From an uncultured Candidatus Binatia bacterium (lineage in GTDB: Bacteria > Desulfobacterota > Binatia > Bin18), in NCBI GenBank assembly GCA_965243855.1, contig CBDEWE010000003.1, positions 827,698-891,697 of the forward strand: DNA of 64,000 nt, given 5' to 3'. The number at the start of each line of letters is the position of its first letter. Positions within the stretch are counted from its first letter, which is position 1. A program made the position numbers and the translations under genes. The notes beneath the pieces are model-generated. The model was not told where the DNA came from. It saw nothing but the letters and a program-made list of their open reading frames with translations, and made no database searches. Below, piece by piece: positions 25,761-36,359 of the stretch.

Positions 25761-27824
25761 TTATTGCGTTCGCTCGAGCCGCAGCGTCCCCCACTGGTCC
25801 ACCCGGCCACTCCAGCCCGGTTCCACAACCGTGGTGGCATCGTACTGCTGGATGATGGCCGGGCCGCTCAGCTCGTTACCCGTCTGTAACGCGGCCCGAT
25901 TGTACACCGGAGTATCCAGTGTGCTTTTGGAGAAATAGACCGCGGTCTGGCCCGTCCGGGCATGCTCCGGACTCGTGCCTGCCGGCTGCGCTTGCGGCAC
26001 GTGGGGGCGTTTGAGCAGCCCCAGCCCGGTGACACCCACGTTGACCAGTTCAACCAGTTCCTTCCCTGCATAGGAATAGCCGTAGAGGTCCTTATGGCTG
26101 GCGTGAAACTTGGTGATGGCCTGCTGAATGTGAGTCTGAATCTCTGATATTGCCGAATCAATTGAGAGCGGAATCCGAATCTCGTAGGCTTGGCCGGCAT
26201 ACCGCATGTCCACAAAATGATTGAGCCGGGTATCCTGGGTGAGCAAGCCTTCATCCTCCAGACGGGCGGCCACACGGCGTTCAAGATCCTGAATTTCAGC
26301 CGCGATACGGTCCACGTCCAAACGGTCTTCACGCTGGACATCCGTATGCACCAGGTCCACCCGCACATCAGTCAGCAGCAGGCCATACGCCGAAGTCACA
26401 CCTGGGTTGGGCGGGATAATGACGTGCTGCATATCAAGCCAGTCGGCCAGATAACAGGCGTGGAGCGGTCCTGCTCCGCCGAACGCGACCAGAGCATAGC
26501 TGCGCGGGTCGCGCCCGCGTTTCACGGATACCGTCCGAATACCGGCAGCAATATTTTCAACAGCTATGCGCAGAATGCCTTCTGCCGCGGCGATGGTGTC
26601 GAGTTTGAGGCCCGCGGCAAGGTCGGCTACAACCTCAGTTGCCTGACTGAGGTCCAGCGAGACGCTGCCCCCGGCAATGGTTGGTGTGATACGTCCCAGC
26701 ACCAGATTGGCGTCCGTCACCGTCGGCTGGCTGCCGCCCCGGCCATAGCAGGCCGGCCCGGGATTCGCGCCCGCGCTGTCCGGGCCCACTTTCAAACTCC
26801 GCCCGCCCGCCAGCCAGGCAATTGATCCACCACCCGCCCCAACCGTATGCAGCTCGATCATGGGCGTTTTGAGATCATAGATATCGACCTTTCCCTCCGT
26901 CAGCATGCGCGGCTGGCCGCCTTCGACCAGACAAATATCGGCCGAGGTCCCACCCATATCAAAAGTAATAATGTCCTGGTTACCGCTCAGCGTGCCAAAA
27001 TGGGTGGCGGCAATCACCCCTGCGGCCGGACCGGAAAGGGCTGCGGCAATCGGCAAACGGGCGACCTCCTGGGCCTGGGCCAGCCCGCCGCTCGAGCGCA
27101 TGATGTAAAACGGCGCGCTGATGTCCCGCTCGCGTAAGTGCTGTTCAATCCGGGTGTGATACGCTGACAGAAGGGGCATCAGGGCGGTGTTCAAGCAGGT
27201 CGTATTGGTCCGTTCGTACTCGCGGTATTCGCGCAGGATGTCCGACGAGATGGAAATAAAGCAGTCCGGATACACCTCGCGAATAATACGCCTGACTGCT
27301 TCCTCGTGCTCCGGATTACGGTAGGAGTGCAGTAAGGAAACAGCCACGGCCTGAATGCTACGCGCTTTGAAGTCCTGCGCAATGGCCGCCACTTCGTCCC
27401 GGTCCAACTCCTGAGTGATCGTGCCCCGCACGTCCATTCGGGCGCTGATCTCCCGGATGCGTTCGAGCGGCACCACCCGCGGCGGTTTAATCCACCAGGT
27501 AATATCACCAAATTCTCCGGGAACGGTCTGGCGGGCGCACTCCAGGGCTTCCCGGTAGCCGGCGGTAATGATCAGACCGAGTTCTGAATACTTGCGTTCC
27601 AGAATGGCGTTGGTGGCAACGGTCGTGCCGTGAAAGACCACGTTCACCTCATGAGCATCGATCTTCCCGTGCTGGGTGATATGCTCAAGGCCGTTGACAA
27701 AGCCCTGGGCCGGGTCGTCCGGCGTGCTGCGCACCTTTGCCAAATGCAGCGTCCCGCTGCTCTCCTCGAGCGCAACAACATCCGTAAACGTTCCCCCAAT
27801 GTCTACCGCTAACCGCCAGGTCAT
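25761..27824 (-). CDS. Hydantoinase A/oxoprolinase family protein
   Basis: DIGGTFTD, HGTTVATNA, REYERTNTT, SGPAAG, DMGGTSAD, GAGGGS, AFGGAGPLH. Confidence 0.9.
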   Translation of the reverse strand: MTWRLAVDIGGTFTDVVALEESSGTLHLAKVRSTPDDPAQGFVNGLEHITQHGKIDAHEVNVVFHGTTVATNAILERKYSELGLIITAGYREALECARQTVPGEFGDITWWIKPPRVVPLERIREISARMDVRGTITQELDRDEVAAIAQDFKARSIQAVAVSLLHSYRNPEHEEAVRRIIREVYPDCFISISSDILREYREYERTNTTCLNTALMPLLSAYHTRIEQHLRERDISAPFYIMRSSGGLAQAQEVARLPIAAALSGPAAGVIAATHFGTLSGNQDIITFDMGGTSADICLVEGGQPRMLTEGKVDIYDLKTPMIELHTVGAGGGSIAWLAGGRSLKVGPDSAGANPGPACYGRGGSQPTVTDANLVLGRITPTIAGGSVSLDLSQATEVVADLAAGLKLDTIAAAEGILRIAVENIAAGIRTVSVKRGRDPRSYALVAFGGAGPLHACYLADWLDMQHVIIPPNPGVTSAYGLLLTDVRVDLVHTDVQREDRLDVDRIAAEIQDLERRVAARLEDEGLLTQDTRLNHFVDMRYAGQAYEIRIPLSIDSAISEIQTHIQQAITKFHASHKDLYGYSYAGKELVELVNVGVTGLGLLKRPHVPQAQPAGTSPEHARTGQTAVYFSKSTLDTPVYNRAALQTGNELSGPAIIQQYDATTVVEPGWSGRVDQWGTLRLERTQ

Positions 27825-27890
27825 ACTGTCCCTCCTTGAGGCCAATGTAGGGGGCTTGGCCGGACCTGTCTACAGAAAGATGGCTCTCTG

Positions 27891-29243
27891 TTACGTCTTC
27901 TGCGCTGAACGCAGCGTCAAAATCGAAATCTCCGGCGGAATCCCTAGCCGCATGGGATAGCCGTAGAACCCGACGCACCGCGTGACAAACATCTGCATAT
28001 CCGCGCGACGATACAGCCCCTGGTCAGGGATACCGAGCAGGCCGACAACACTCAGCGCCCGGTCTTTTCCCAACTGAATACCCGCGTGCCCACCATGGGT
28101 ATGGCCGGACAACACTAGGTCGGCACAGCGCGCCGGCAGAGTGACAAAGGCGCGCGGGTCGTGGTTGAGCAGAACACGCGGAACCGGCTGCCGTGGACCC
28201 CAGGAGTCGATGATGCGGCTGTAGAGCGCATCTCGCTCAAAACGCTGAAAGAGAAAGTCCAGGCCAGCGAGTTCCAGGGGCTGTCCATCAATCGAGAGTG
28301 CCGTCACCCGATTGCGTAAGGTGGTGACGCCGGACTGGCGCAAATAGCGGACGAGGCGGTTGGGAGCGTCGAAGTCATGGTTACCCAAACAGGCCCACTG
28401 GCCGTACGGCGCCTTGATCCGAGCCAGCGCTTCGTACAGAGGAAGGTCAAAATCGCCGGTCCGATGCGTCAGAAAGTCTCCGGTATGCAACACGATGTCG
28501 GGTCTGGCGGCATTCGTCAGCGCGGCAACGCGCAGCAGCTTGGGGCGGTCCATCTCCCCACCAACATGGATGTCCGACAAATGGGCAACCCGCAACCCGT
28601 CGAGTGCCGTGGGCCAGTCGGGCAGGACGAGGTCTCGCTCCTCAACCCGAAAATCATAGGTGAGCTTGACGCTTGACAGCGAAAAGAGAAAAGGTGCTCC
28701 CGCGCTCATCAAGCCGAGTTGCTGCATGAATTGACGCCGCTCGGGAGAGGGCAGGTTGTCGTGTTGGGTGTGCCGGGCCTTTTGCCTTAGGAACCATGCT
28801 TTCCCGCGCTGTACCAATTGGGTCAATCCTTGGAGAATGCCAAGGCCGGCATAGCCAAACAGGAGGATGCCATAGGCGCTATACCAGAGAGCACCGATCC
28901 AGGAGATGCCAGGTGCATGCAGAAACGGCAGCGGACTGCCGGACCGGGCAGTCAGAATCTGCATCGCCATGATGGCATCGAACATCATTCCGACCACGCT
29001 GAAGAGCCCAAGCGACAGAGAAGACGGTCCAAGCAGGCTGACGCAATGGGCGTGCAAACGTTGCCGGGCATACGAGAAGGGCACGATGGCAATCGGAACC
29101 ATGGCGATCAAATACACCGCCCGCCAGGTAACCCACAGCCACATGGCACCGGCTCCCAAGAGCAGAAAGAGGTTGAGACAGATATGCCAGATGCATTGCG
29201 CGCGGCGGCTGGCCAGGGTGTTGAGTCGAGCGTGGACGGACAT
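27891..29243 (-). CDS. Membrane-bound metallophosphoesterase (YkuE-like)
   Basis: N-terminal TM segments; LSDIH, TGDF, LGNHD, NHDP, SGHTHGG. Confidence 0.85.
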   Translation of the reverse strand: MSVHARLNTLASRRAQCIWHICLNLFLLLGAGAMWLWVTWRAVYLIAMVPIAIVPFSYARQRLHAHCVSLLGPSSLSLGLFSVVGMMFDAIMAMQILTARSGSPLPFLHAPGISWIGALWYSAYGILLFGYAGLGILQGLTQLVQRGKAWFLRQKARHTQHDNLPSPERRQFMQQLGLMSAGAPFLFSLSSVKLTYDFRVEERDLVLPDWPTALDGLRVAHLSDIHVGGEMDRPKLLRVAALTNAARPDIVLHTGDFLTHRTGDFDLPLYEALARIKAPYGQWACLGNHDFDAPNRLVRYLRQSGVTTLRNRVTALSIDGQPLELAGLDFLFQRFERDALYSRIIDSWGPRQPVPRVLLNHDPRAFVTLPARCADLVLSGHTHGGHAGIQLGKDRALSVVGLLGIPDQGLYRRADMQMFVTRCVGFYGYPMRLGIPPEISILTLRSAQKT

Positions 29244-29261
29244 GGAGATAAACGATTCAGC

Positions 29262-31301
29262 CTACCGGACAGGGGCCCGCCTCAAAATCAGCGTGCCAAA
29301 CCGATCAACCGTGGCCTGACAGTCCGGTGGAATGAGTGTGGTGGTATCGTACTGTTCAACCACCGCCGGACCAGTGAGAGCCGCTCCCGCTCCTAAGTGG
29401 GGCCGCGTATAGACCGGACAGGTCAGAAAGTCACGCGATTCAAAAAAGAAGACCGAGCGCGTGGCTATCGGCTGAATGGGGTCGGTCTGTTCGGCAATCG
29501 TGGGCAGCACTGGTTTTGGCCGTGTCACGATGGCAGTTATTCGCAGGGTTGACAGGCTGACCTCCTTTCGGTCCCGAAACGAAAAGCCGTAGAGCTGTTC
29601 GTGCCTATGATGAAACTGGGTGACTGCTTGGTGGAGGATGTCGCCGCTGAGTCTGCCCTGAGGAAGGTCAATAGTGAGATGGGTTGACATATCGACATAG
29701 TGAAAATCCACCGCCCGCCTGAACTGCCTGGACGCGTCCGGCAGGTGTTGCTGGTCCAAGGCAGCCTGGGCTTGGTATTCGAGTTCGGTAAAAAGGTGAG
29801 TCAGCCGCTGGGGATCAAGTGCGGCAGTGTCGAGTGGGGCGGGAGCGGCACAATCCTCCCGGATATCGGCACAGAACAAGCCGAAAGGAGCGGCAAACCC
29901 CGGCCGGGTCGGAACCACGACCGTCGCTATGCCGAGCAGCGCCGCAAGATCGGCGGCGTGTAACGGACCGGCTCCGCCCACGGCCATCAAAGTCGTCTCC
30001 CTGGGATCGAGGCCACGCTGCGTACACACGCGCCGGATGGCTCCACACATGGCGTGATTCACCAATTGGACAATGTCCCGAGCGGTTTCTACGGCGCTCT
30101 TGCGGCGCGACTGTCCGAATGCAAAGAGCGCCTTTTCGGCCGCTTCCCTTGAAAGAGGAATCGCCCCATCGAGCAGAGAAGTGGGCAGGCGATGCAGGAG
30201 GAGATTGGCATCGGTAACCGTCACCTCTGTCCCGCCTTTGCCATAACAGATCGGACCGGGGTCGGCGCCAGCGCTGAGCGGACCAACGCGCCAACGGGTA
30301 TCCGGGTCCACCTGGGCAATGGAACCTCCGCCGGCTCCGATAGAGGTGATGTCGACCATGGGGGTGCGGAGTGGATAGCCGCCGATGTGGCCGTGCGTAA
30401 TGAGCACTGGCTGCCCGGCTTGGACGAGGGTGATATCGGTTGAGGTTCCGCCCATGTCAAACGTGACCAGGTCGGAAAATCCGCTTGCAGCTCCAACGCG
30501 GGCCATGGCGACCGATGCCGCACTCGGCCCCGAGAAAACGGTGGCCAAAGGTCGCTGGCTGACACGCACTCCACTCTGTAGGCCGCCGGACGACTGCATG
30601 ATCAGCGGCGGTCGGTGGATGCCACTTGCCTGCATGCTGTGCCTCACCCGATTGAGATGTTCCCCCATTAATGACTGGAGGGCCGCGTTCAGGCAGGTGC
30701 CCGCGGTGCGCTCATACTCGCGTTGTTCGGGCAGGACGTCAGACGAGAGCAGTACGTCTAAAGAGGGGTCTTCCGCGAGCAGCAGCGTCCTCAGCCGTCT
30801 TTCCGGTTCAGGGTTGCGAGCGCTGTGTAAGAGCGAGACGGCAATGGTCTTCAGGTTTTGGGCATGACACCACACCACGATTGCCCGTATCTCTTCTGCG
30901 GAAATGGGTATTTGCACATTCCCTTGGGCATCAAGACGTTCGGTCACCTCATGGATGTCCTCAAGTGGGACTACCGGCCGGGAAGGAAGGGGCGCAGAGG
31001 ACTCGTCATCTCCCGCTTGCTGGGGCTGGTTCAACTCCAAAATATGGCGGAAGCCAGCGGTGATGAGCAGACCGGTCCGCGGGAGGCTGTGCTGGAGTAA
31101 AGCGTTCGTGGCAATCGTCGTGCTGTAGAGGAGAGCACTCGGGCGCAGATGCTGCGTGTGGAGGGCGGAAAAAGCCGCTCGAAGGCTCTCGGCCGGATCA
31201 GAGGCAGACGGGATTTTCTTGTGAAAGACGGGGCCGCTTTCGTCATGGACGAGGACGTCAGTGAACGTCCCGCCAATATCAATGCCAACGGTCGTCGTCA
31301 T
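29262..31301 (-). CDS. Hydantoinase A/oxoprolinase family protein, second divergent copy
   Basis: DIGGTFTD, STTIATNA, REYERT, SGPSA, DMGGTSTD, GAGGGS, GGAGPLH. Confidence 0.9.
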   Translation of the reverse strand: MTTTVGIDIGGTFTDVLVHDESGPVFHKKIPSASDPAESLRAAFSALHTQHLRPSALLYSTTIATNALLQHSLPRTGLLITAGFRHILELNQPQQAGDDESSAPLPSRPVVPLEDIHEVTERLDAQGNVQIPISAEEIRAIVVWCHAQNLKTIAVSLLHSARNPEPERRLRTLLLAEDPSLDVLLSSDVLPEQREYERTAGTCLNAALQSLMGEHLNRVRHSMQASGIHRPPLIMQSSGGLQSGVRVSQRPLATVFSGPSAASVAMARVGAASGFSDLVTFDMGGTSTDITLVQAGQPVLITHGHIGGYPLRTPMVDITSIGAGGGSIAQVDPDTRWRVGPLSAGADPGPICYGKGGTEVTVTDANLLLHRLPTSLLDGAIPLSREAAEKALFAFGQSRRKSAVETARDIVQLVNHAMCGAIRRVCTQRGLDPRETTLMAVGGAGPLHAADLAALLGIATVVVPTRPGFAAPFGLFCADIREDCAAPAPLDTAALDPQRLTHLFTELEYQAQAALDQQHLPDASRQFRRAVDFHYVDMSTHLTIDLPQGRLSGDILHQAVTQFHHRHEQLYGFSFRDRKEVSLSTLRITAIVTRPKPVLPTIAEQTDPIQPIATRSVFFFESRDFLTCPVYTRPHLGAGAALTGPAVVEQYDTTTLIPPDCQATVDRFGTLILRRAPVR

Positions 31302-31382
31302 TGGTGTATAGAGTATGCGTGCCGCGCTGTCCCTTGTGACTCCGCTGCACGAGAGAGGGCCCCCTGGGAAAGCATAGGCGTT

Positions 31383-32513
31383 CTAATCGGCAAAGCGAGG
31401 CATGACCTTGTTGGCGAACAGGTCAAGCGAGCTGAGCACCTGTTCTCGTTCATGAATCCCTTGCTGGATGAGGAGAAAACACTCTTTAATGGGAAATTTC
31501 TTGCTCGCGGCTTCAATACGGCGAGAAATTGTATCCGGGTCGCCAACCAACAACTCAGGATGTCCCTGGCCAAACGGGGTAAACCAGGTATCCCACATCC
31601 ACATGGGATCGGTCAGCCATTCTTGCGCCGTTGAGGTGTTTTTATGGCAGATCATTGCGCCGCCCCAAGCGGCCTCGTCTCCAGGCTGAACATCATGCCC
31701 GTGTTTTAAAGCCTCGTCGTGATAGCCGGACCACAGCCGCTGACAGAAATCGAGGTCCGAGGCCAGGACAATCGGCTTGCCCCCGTAGCGCGCCCAGAAG
31801 AGCGCGGTGCGCATGCTATGGGTGAAACCGCCGTAGATGGGCGGGTGCGGATCTTGATACGGTTTGGGTGCAATACCAATCTCGCGGATGCGCATATCCG
31901 CATCCACACCTGTTCCATATTGCGTATACACCCCTTGCTGGTGCGGATTGACAAAGTCCTCAGGCGGAATCGTCCAGTATTTGCCCTGATAGCTGAAAGT
32001 GTCTTCTTTTAAAGCGGTGAGCACCACTTCGACGAACTCACGAAAATATTCGCGGTTCATATTGTCGTCTTCCGAATTACGATTCCATTCGCCGACCGCG
32101 TTCAAGTCGGGACGGATACGAAAATTATGCACCCAACGCGCCTGATAGCCGCGCACCATGCCGACCGCCAGGCGGCCTTTGAGCATGTGGTCGAGGGTCG
32201 CAATATACTCTGCCGTGCGAACCGGATTATGCGTCGGTGCGACCCAGCCGACCATATTCACGCGGAGTTTTTTACTATGCTGGCCAATCCACATGGACAA
32301 TAAGCCCGGCTCGTTACTGGCTTCAAAGCCTTCGATTTGAAGATGATGCTCGGGATGCCCAAAGCCGGCATAGCCCACCTCGTCCGCAAACTGGACATAC
32401 TCTGCCACTTCACTGAGCATACGCTGGTAGAGTTCGGGTCGCTTACCCGCCATGCCCGCTTCGAGTTCGTGCCGACGGCCTAAGGTGGCATAGATGAAAA
32501 GGTGAAACTTCAT
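31383..32513 (-). CDS. LLM class flavin-dependent oxidoreductase
   Basis: PEHHLQIEG, ATLDHMLKGR, PKPYQDPHPPI; GGAG RBS before ATG 32513. Confidence 0.85.
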   Translation of the reverse strand: MKFHLFIYATLGRRHELEAGMAGKRPELYQRMLSEVAEYVQFADEVGYAGFGHPEHHLQIEGFEASNEPGLLSMWIGQHSKKLRVNMVGWVAPTHNPVRTAEYIATLDHMLKGRLAVGMVRGYQARWVHNFRIRPDLNAVGEWNRNSEDDNMNREYFREFVEVVLTALKEDTFSYQGKYWTIPPEDFVNPHQQGVYTQYGTGVDADMRIREIGIAPKPYQDPHPPIYGGFTHSMRTALFWARYGGKPIVLASDLDFCQRLWSGYHDEALKHGHDVQPGDEAAWGGAMICHKNTSTAQEWLTDPMWMWDTWFTPFGQGHPELLVGDPDTISRRIEAASKKFPIKECFLLIQQGIHEREQVLSSLDLFANKVMPRFAD

Positions 32514-32646
32514 GTGACAAACTCCCGTATGGTCGAGACGGTACCATGCCTGCGCCGCTATGCTATCGGGTCTGCCAAAGAATGTGAAGCTCAATACGAG
32601 GCGGGCGCGCTCCGGTGAGGCCAGGGGCACGACAGCGTGGGCGCGA

Positions 32647-34452
32647 CTACGACTCGGATACGGGCGGGACGGCGGCTGGGGTCGGCGGAAAGCTCCCCGC
32701 CTGTGCGTCAGATACCGGGGCAGAATCTTCCGTGATGGGGAGTTCCACCCGCACCTCGGTGCCACGACCGTGCTGGCTCTGCACCGAGAAACGCCCGCCA
32801 CAGGAGACGGCCTGCTCGCGCATATAGAGCAGGCCGTAATGGCCGGGAATAGGCTGTTCCGGCTGAAAACCCTGCCCGTCATCTTTAATCATGAGGGACA
32901 CGCCCTTCTGTTCAAAGGTCAGGGCAATCTGCACATGGTTGGCCTTGGCGTGCCGCTGTATGTTGTGAAGGGCCTCTTGAGTAATGCGAAAGAGCGTGCG
33001 GCTCGTTTGGGTCGGAAGAGGCCGGTCCCCATCATCCGCCTGCATGACCACCTCAAAGGGCTCGTGTTCCTGCAAGTCGGTCACATAGGCACGGAGTGCC
33101 TGCACTAGGCCGAAGTCTTCGAGCACCGGCGGTAACAACCCATTGGTAAACTGACGGACGAGCACGAAAATCGTATCCAGTTCAGCGGCAAGCTTGCTAA
33201 AGCGTTCACGACCCGCTGGAGCATGTTGCAGGACGAATTCCTGAAAGCCGTGAAAGTCTTGGAAGATGCGAAAGAGCCGTTCTTCTATCTGGTGATGCCA
33301 TTCGCTGACGATCTGCTGGCGTTCTTCTTCTTGCGCGTTGAGCACGGCGTGCAGGAGACCTCGCAGCTCCCTCACCGACCGGTGGGCCTCGGCAAGTGTG
33401 TAGGCACGCTGCACGACAGGCAGAGCATATTGAGCAATGTCTGCGAGAACCTCGTTGTCCTGGGGGTGGAAACCGCCCCGCTGTTTTCTATCAGACAGGA
33501 GAAAACAGCCGAGTAACGAGTCACTACCAAGCTGATGGATAAGGAGATGTCGTTGCGCCAGTTCTCTTTCGGAGAGCGCTTGCAGACGCGCATATATATC
33601 CTGTGAAGGATTGAGAACATTGAGGCCAAGGTTGAGCGCTGCCCGCAGAGCACCACCTTTGGCAAAGGAACGGTCCCACGTAGAAGGGGCAAGCGTTGGA
33701 AAAGACCCTGTCGTCTTGACCTTGACACACGCCTGGGTGTCTGGGTCAAGAAGAACAACGCACACGCCGCGGCAGGGAATACGTCGCAACACTTCCTCAA
33801 CAAGCTGTTGGAGGAGAGGATCAATTTCCAGGAGCGCGAGTTTCTCTTGAAGGGTCTCGATTTGATTGGCTTGCTGAGGGTCTGAGGACGCTTTCGGTAG
33901 GCTGTCCTGCGAGGGGTGTTGTGCAGAAAAAAGGCCTGCCAGACCGGCAATGCCAAAAAGCAGGGCACAGCGAAAGACGAGGCCGGAGTAGAACCCAGTG
34001 ATTGAGGCAGATGATGGAACAAGGAAGAGCAGCAGCCCTGAGGCGATACTTGCAGCGAGTGCCATACCAAAGCCGGCCTGCCAACCAAAGCGGAGTGCTG
34101 CGATCAGGGTCAGTCCATACAAATAGACAAACAACGGGCTCAACAGGCCGCCACTGACGCTACATAGCACGGTGACAAAGACCACATCACTCAACCCAAT
34201 GGGAAAGAGTAGAGGCGTCCCTTTATAGTGACGGTAGGCAAAATATTGACCGAAGAGACAATACAGGACGCCGCCAAGAAGACAGTATTGCGTGACGGCT
34301 TGGAAAAGAGCAGGCGGATTGAACCAGAGAACCCCCACTCCGACCCCTAATGCAAGCCAGCGCAGCCGTGCCAGAACTTTCTCGCTCGGCGTGTGATGGG
34401 CTACCGTCCCTTGTAGGGGAGGAGCCCAGAACGCACTAGATATTGTTGCCAT
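32647..34452 (-). CDS. Membrane sensor histidine kinase (GAF-like, HisKA_3, HATPase)
   Basis: N-terminal TM block; AQEEERQQI, LLPPVLEDFGL, QEALHNIQRHA, DDGQGF, YGLLYMRE. Confidence 0.85.
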   Translation of the reverse strand: MATISSAFWAPPLQGTVAHHTPSEKVLARLRWLALGVGVGVLWFNPPALFQAVTQYCLLGGVLYCLFGQYFAYRHYKGTPLLFPIGLSDVVFVTVLCSVSGGLLSPLFVYLYGLTLIAALRFGWQAGFGMALAASIASGLLLFLVPSSASITGFYSGLVFRCALLFGIAGLAGLFSAQHPSQDSLPKASSDPQQANQIETLQEKLALLEIDPLLQQLVEEVLRRIPCRGVCVVLLDPDTQACVKVKTTGSFPTLAPSTWDRSFAKGGALRAALNLGLNVLNPSQDIYARLQALSERELAQRHLLIHQLGSDSLLGCFLLSDRKQRGGFHPQDNEVLADIAQYALPVVQRAYTLAEAHRSVRELRGLLHAVLNAQEEERQQIVSEWHHQIEERLFRIFQDFHGFQEFVLQHAPAGRERFSKLAAELDTIFVLVRQFTNGLLPPVLEDFGLVQALRAYVTDLQEHEPFEVVMQADDGDRPLPTQTSRTLFRITQEALHNIQRHAKANHVQIALTFEQKGVSLMIKDDGQGFQPEQPIPGHYGLLYMREQAVSCGGRFSVQSQHGRGTEVRVELPITEDSAPVSDAQAGSFPPTPAAVPPVSES

Positions 34453-34611
34453 AAGGGTAGATACACCATACCTGATACCGCGTCATTTTGTCCACTGTTC
34501 GCGGAAAATATGGGTCCATGTGAAGCCATGAGTGAGATATATTTGACGAATGCAGAGGAGGTCGGCTATAGGTCGTGTCAACGTATTGCACACGACAGAA
34601 AGGAGACCGTT

Positions 34612-34932
34612 ATGCTTCTCATGTTCAAAGCGAGAATTAACAAGCCTGCCGACATGTCGAATAAAGACTTTTATACCGTCTGGCGGAAAGAGTCCGAAGC
34701 TGCCCTGGGGGCGAAGGAAGCCGGCGTCATTCAAGGGATTTGGAAGGTTGCGGGCAAACCCGAGGTGCTGGTGGTCATGGATGTGGAGTCAGGCGATATG
34801 CTTGATCAAGCGATCAATGAGCTGCCGATCTGGAAGCTTGGCTACGCGCATATTGTCTCAGACGTGGAAATACTGCCCCTGCGTCCATACGAAAACTGGG
34901 CCGAAGATCTGAAGACCTTGTCCCAAGGTTAG
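34612..34932 (+). CDS. Muconolactone delta-isomerase family protein
   Basis: AAGGAG RBS; GVIQGIWKVAG..LDQAINELPI..VEILPL. Confidence 0.7.
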   Translation: MLLMFKARINKPADMSNKDFYTVWRKESEAALGAKEAGVIQGIWKVAGKPEVLVVMDVESGDMLDQAINELPIWKLGYAHIVSDVEILPLRPYENWAEDLKTLSQG

Positions 34933-34998
34933 GCCGTGCAGAGGAAGAGCAGCGCCGTCTCAGCCATCGCGTTACTCTTCCCCTGTTGTCTTTTCTGC

Positions 34999-35892
34999 TT
35001 AGTCCTCTTGTTTCACCTCAACTCCAGCGAGTTGTTCCAAGACCTTGACTAATGCTTGTGTTCCCTCGTCTCCAGCCCCCTGGCTTTCAAGGGCATGAAA
35101 GAGATGGTGGACGAGGCTGGTGGCGGGCAGGGACAGTTTCAGCCGGTCGGCCTCTTGCAGCACGAGCCGCAGGTCTTTTTGTTGGAGCTTGACCATAAAA
35201 CCAGGGGCAAAGTCCCGCTCCAGAACACGGGGGGCGAGGTTCGAGAGTTGCCATGAACCCGCGGCTCCGCCCTGAATGGCGTTTTGCATTTTCTTCAAGT
35301 CCAGCCCGGACTTCGCTCCAAAGATCAAGGCTTCGCTCATCGCCAGATTGGTCACCGCTACCGCGATCTGGTTGCAGAGTTTGGTGAGCTGGCCCGCCCC
35401 GCTCTGACCGACATGCACGATGTTTTTTCCCAGGGTTTCGAAGATGGGTAAGCACCGATTGAAGACGTCCTCCTCCCCACCAACCATGATAGAGAGTGCT
35501 CCCGCGATGGCCCCTCCCTCTCCGCCACTGACCGGAGCGTCGAGCATAGACGCACCTTTTTCTTGAACGGTGCTCGCTATTGCCCGGGTTGCTGTGGGAG
35601 AGATCGTACTCATGTCAATAACAACAGCGCCTTGCGCAATGGTGTGTATGACACCGTTCTCCCCGAGGAGCACCTGCTGCACATCGGGAGTGTCCGTGAC
35701 GATGGTGACAACGACATCCGCATTTGCCGCCACTGCTTGGGGCGATGCTGCCGCGGTGGCTCCTGCAGCGACTAACTCCTCAACCGGACCATCGCTCCGA
35801 TTATAAACGGTCAGCGAGTAGCCCGCTTTGAGGAGATTGTGGGCCATGGGCTTGCCCATAATTCCCAGTCCGATGAAACCAATCCGTTCCAT
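34999..35892 (-). CDS. garR: 2-hydroxy-3-oxopropionate reductase / beta-hydroxyacid dehydrogenase
   Basis: [39 protein letters not shown]. Confidence 0.8.
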   Translation of the reverse strand: MERIGFIGLGIMGKPMAHNLLKAGYSLTVYNRSDGPVEELVAAGATAAASPQAVAANADVVVTIVTDTPDVQQVLLGENGVIHTIAQGAVVIDMSTISPTATRAIASTVQEKGASMLDAPVSGGEGGAIAGALSIMVGGEEDVFNRCLPIFETLGKNIVHVGQSGAGQLTKLCNQIAVAVTNLAMSEALIFGAKSGLDLKKMQNAIQGGAAGSWQLSNLAPRVLERDFAPGFMVKLQQKDLRLVLQEADRLKLSLPATSLVHHLFHALESQGAGDEGTQALVKVLEQLAGVEVKQED

Positions 35893-35915
35893 ATCGTGCC
35901 TCCTCTCTTCTCCCT

Positions 35916-36101
35916 ATGGTCAAACGCTACATCAAGCCGGACCAGCAGCAGGGCGGCATTGTTGAAAAAGAGGCGCCGTTGCATATCTCAAACGTCATGC
36001 CGCTCGACCCCGAGGACGGTCGCCCGACCCGGGTCGGATTCAGGGTCGTTGGGGGTAAGAAGGTACGCGTCAGCAAACGGACCGGCAAGGTGCTCGACTA
36101 A
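35916..36101 (+). pseudogene. rplX: C-terminal half of ribosomal protein uL24
   Basis: [48 protein letters not shown]; the N-terminal KOW part is absent and there is no RBS. Confidence 0.75.
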
Positions 36102-36121
36102 GCGGGCTACCCACCGACAGC

Positions 36122-36162
36122 ACAACAAAAAGGCCGACATGCACTGTCGGCCTTTTTGTTGT
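36122..36162. terminator. Bidirectional intrinsic terminator
   Basis: acaacaaaaaggccgaca-tgcac-tgtcggcctttttgttgt. Confidence 0.85.
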
Positions 36163-36176
36163 AGGCTGGAGCGTCG

Positions 36177-36332
36177 CTATTTCAGGCGGGTTTCTTTGTA
36201 AATGACGTGTTTGCGCGCCACCGGATCGTATTTTTTGAGTTCGAGCTTGTCCGTCATGGTCTTTTTGTTCTTGGTTGCAATGTAGAAGTGGCCGGTTCCG
36301 GCTGACGATTCCAGTTTGATCTTTTCACGCAT
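36177..36332 (-). CDS. rpmG: 50S ribosomal protein bL33, zinc-free type
   Basis: Not in the ORF track; manual translation [51 protein letters not shown]; GGAGG RBS. Confidence 0.95.
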   Translation of the reverse strand: MREKIKLESSAGTGHFYIATKNKKTMTDKLELKKYDPVARKHVIYKETRLK

Positions 36333-36359
36333 CGCTCGTCCTCCCCTGGTCAAGTCGGT

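Noticed and set aside
32514-32882. N-terminal extension of the LLM ORF
   Set aside because: It overlaps the kinase gene; an RBS and family start are at 32513.
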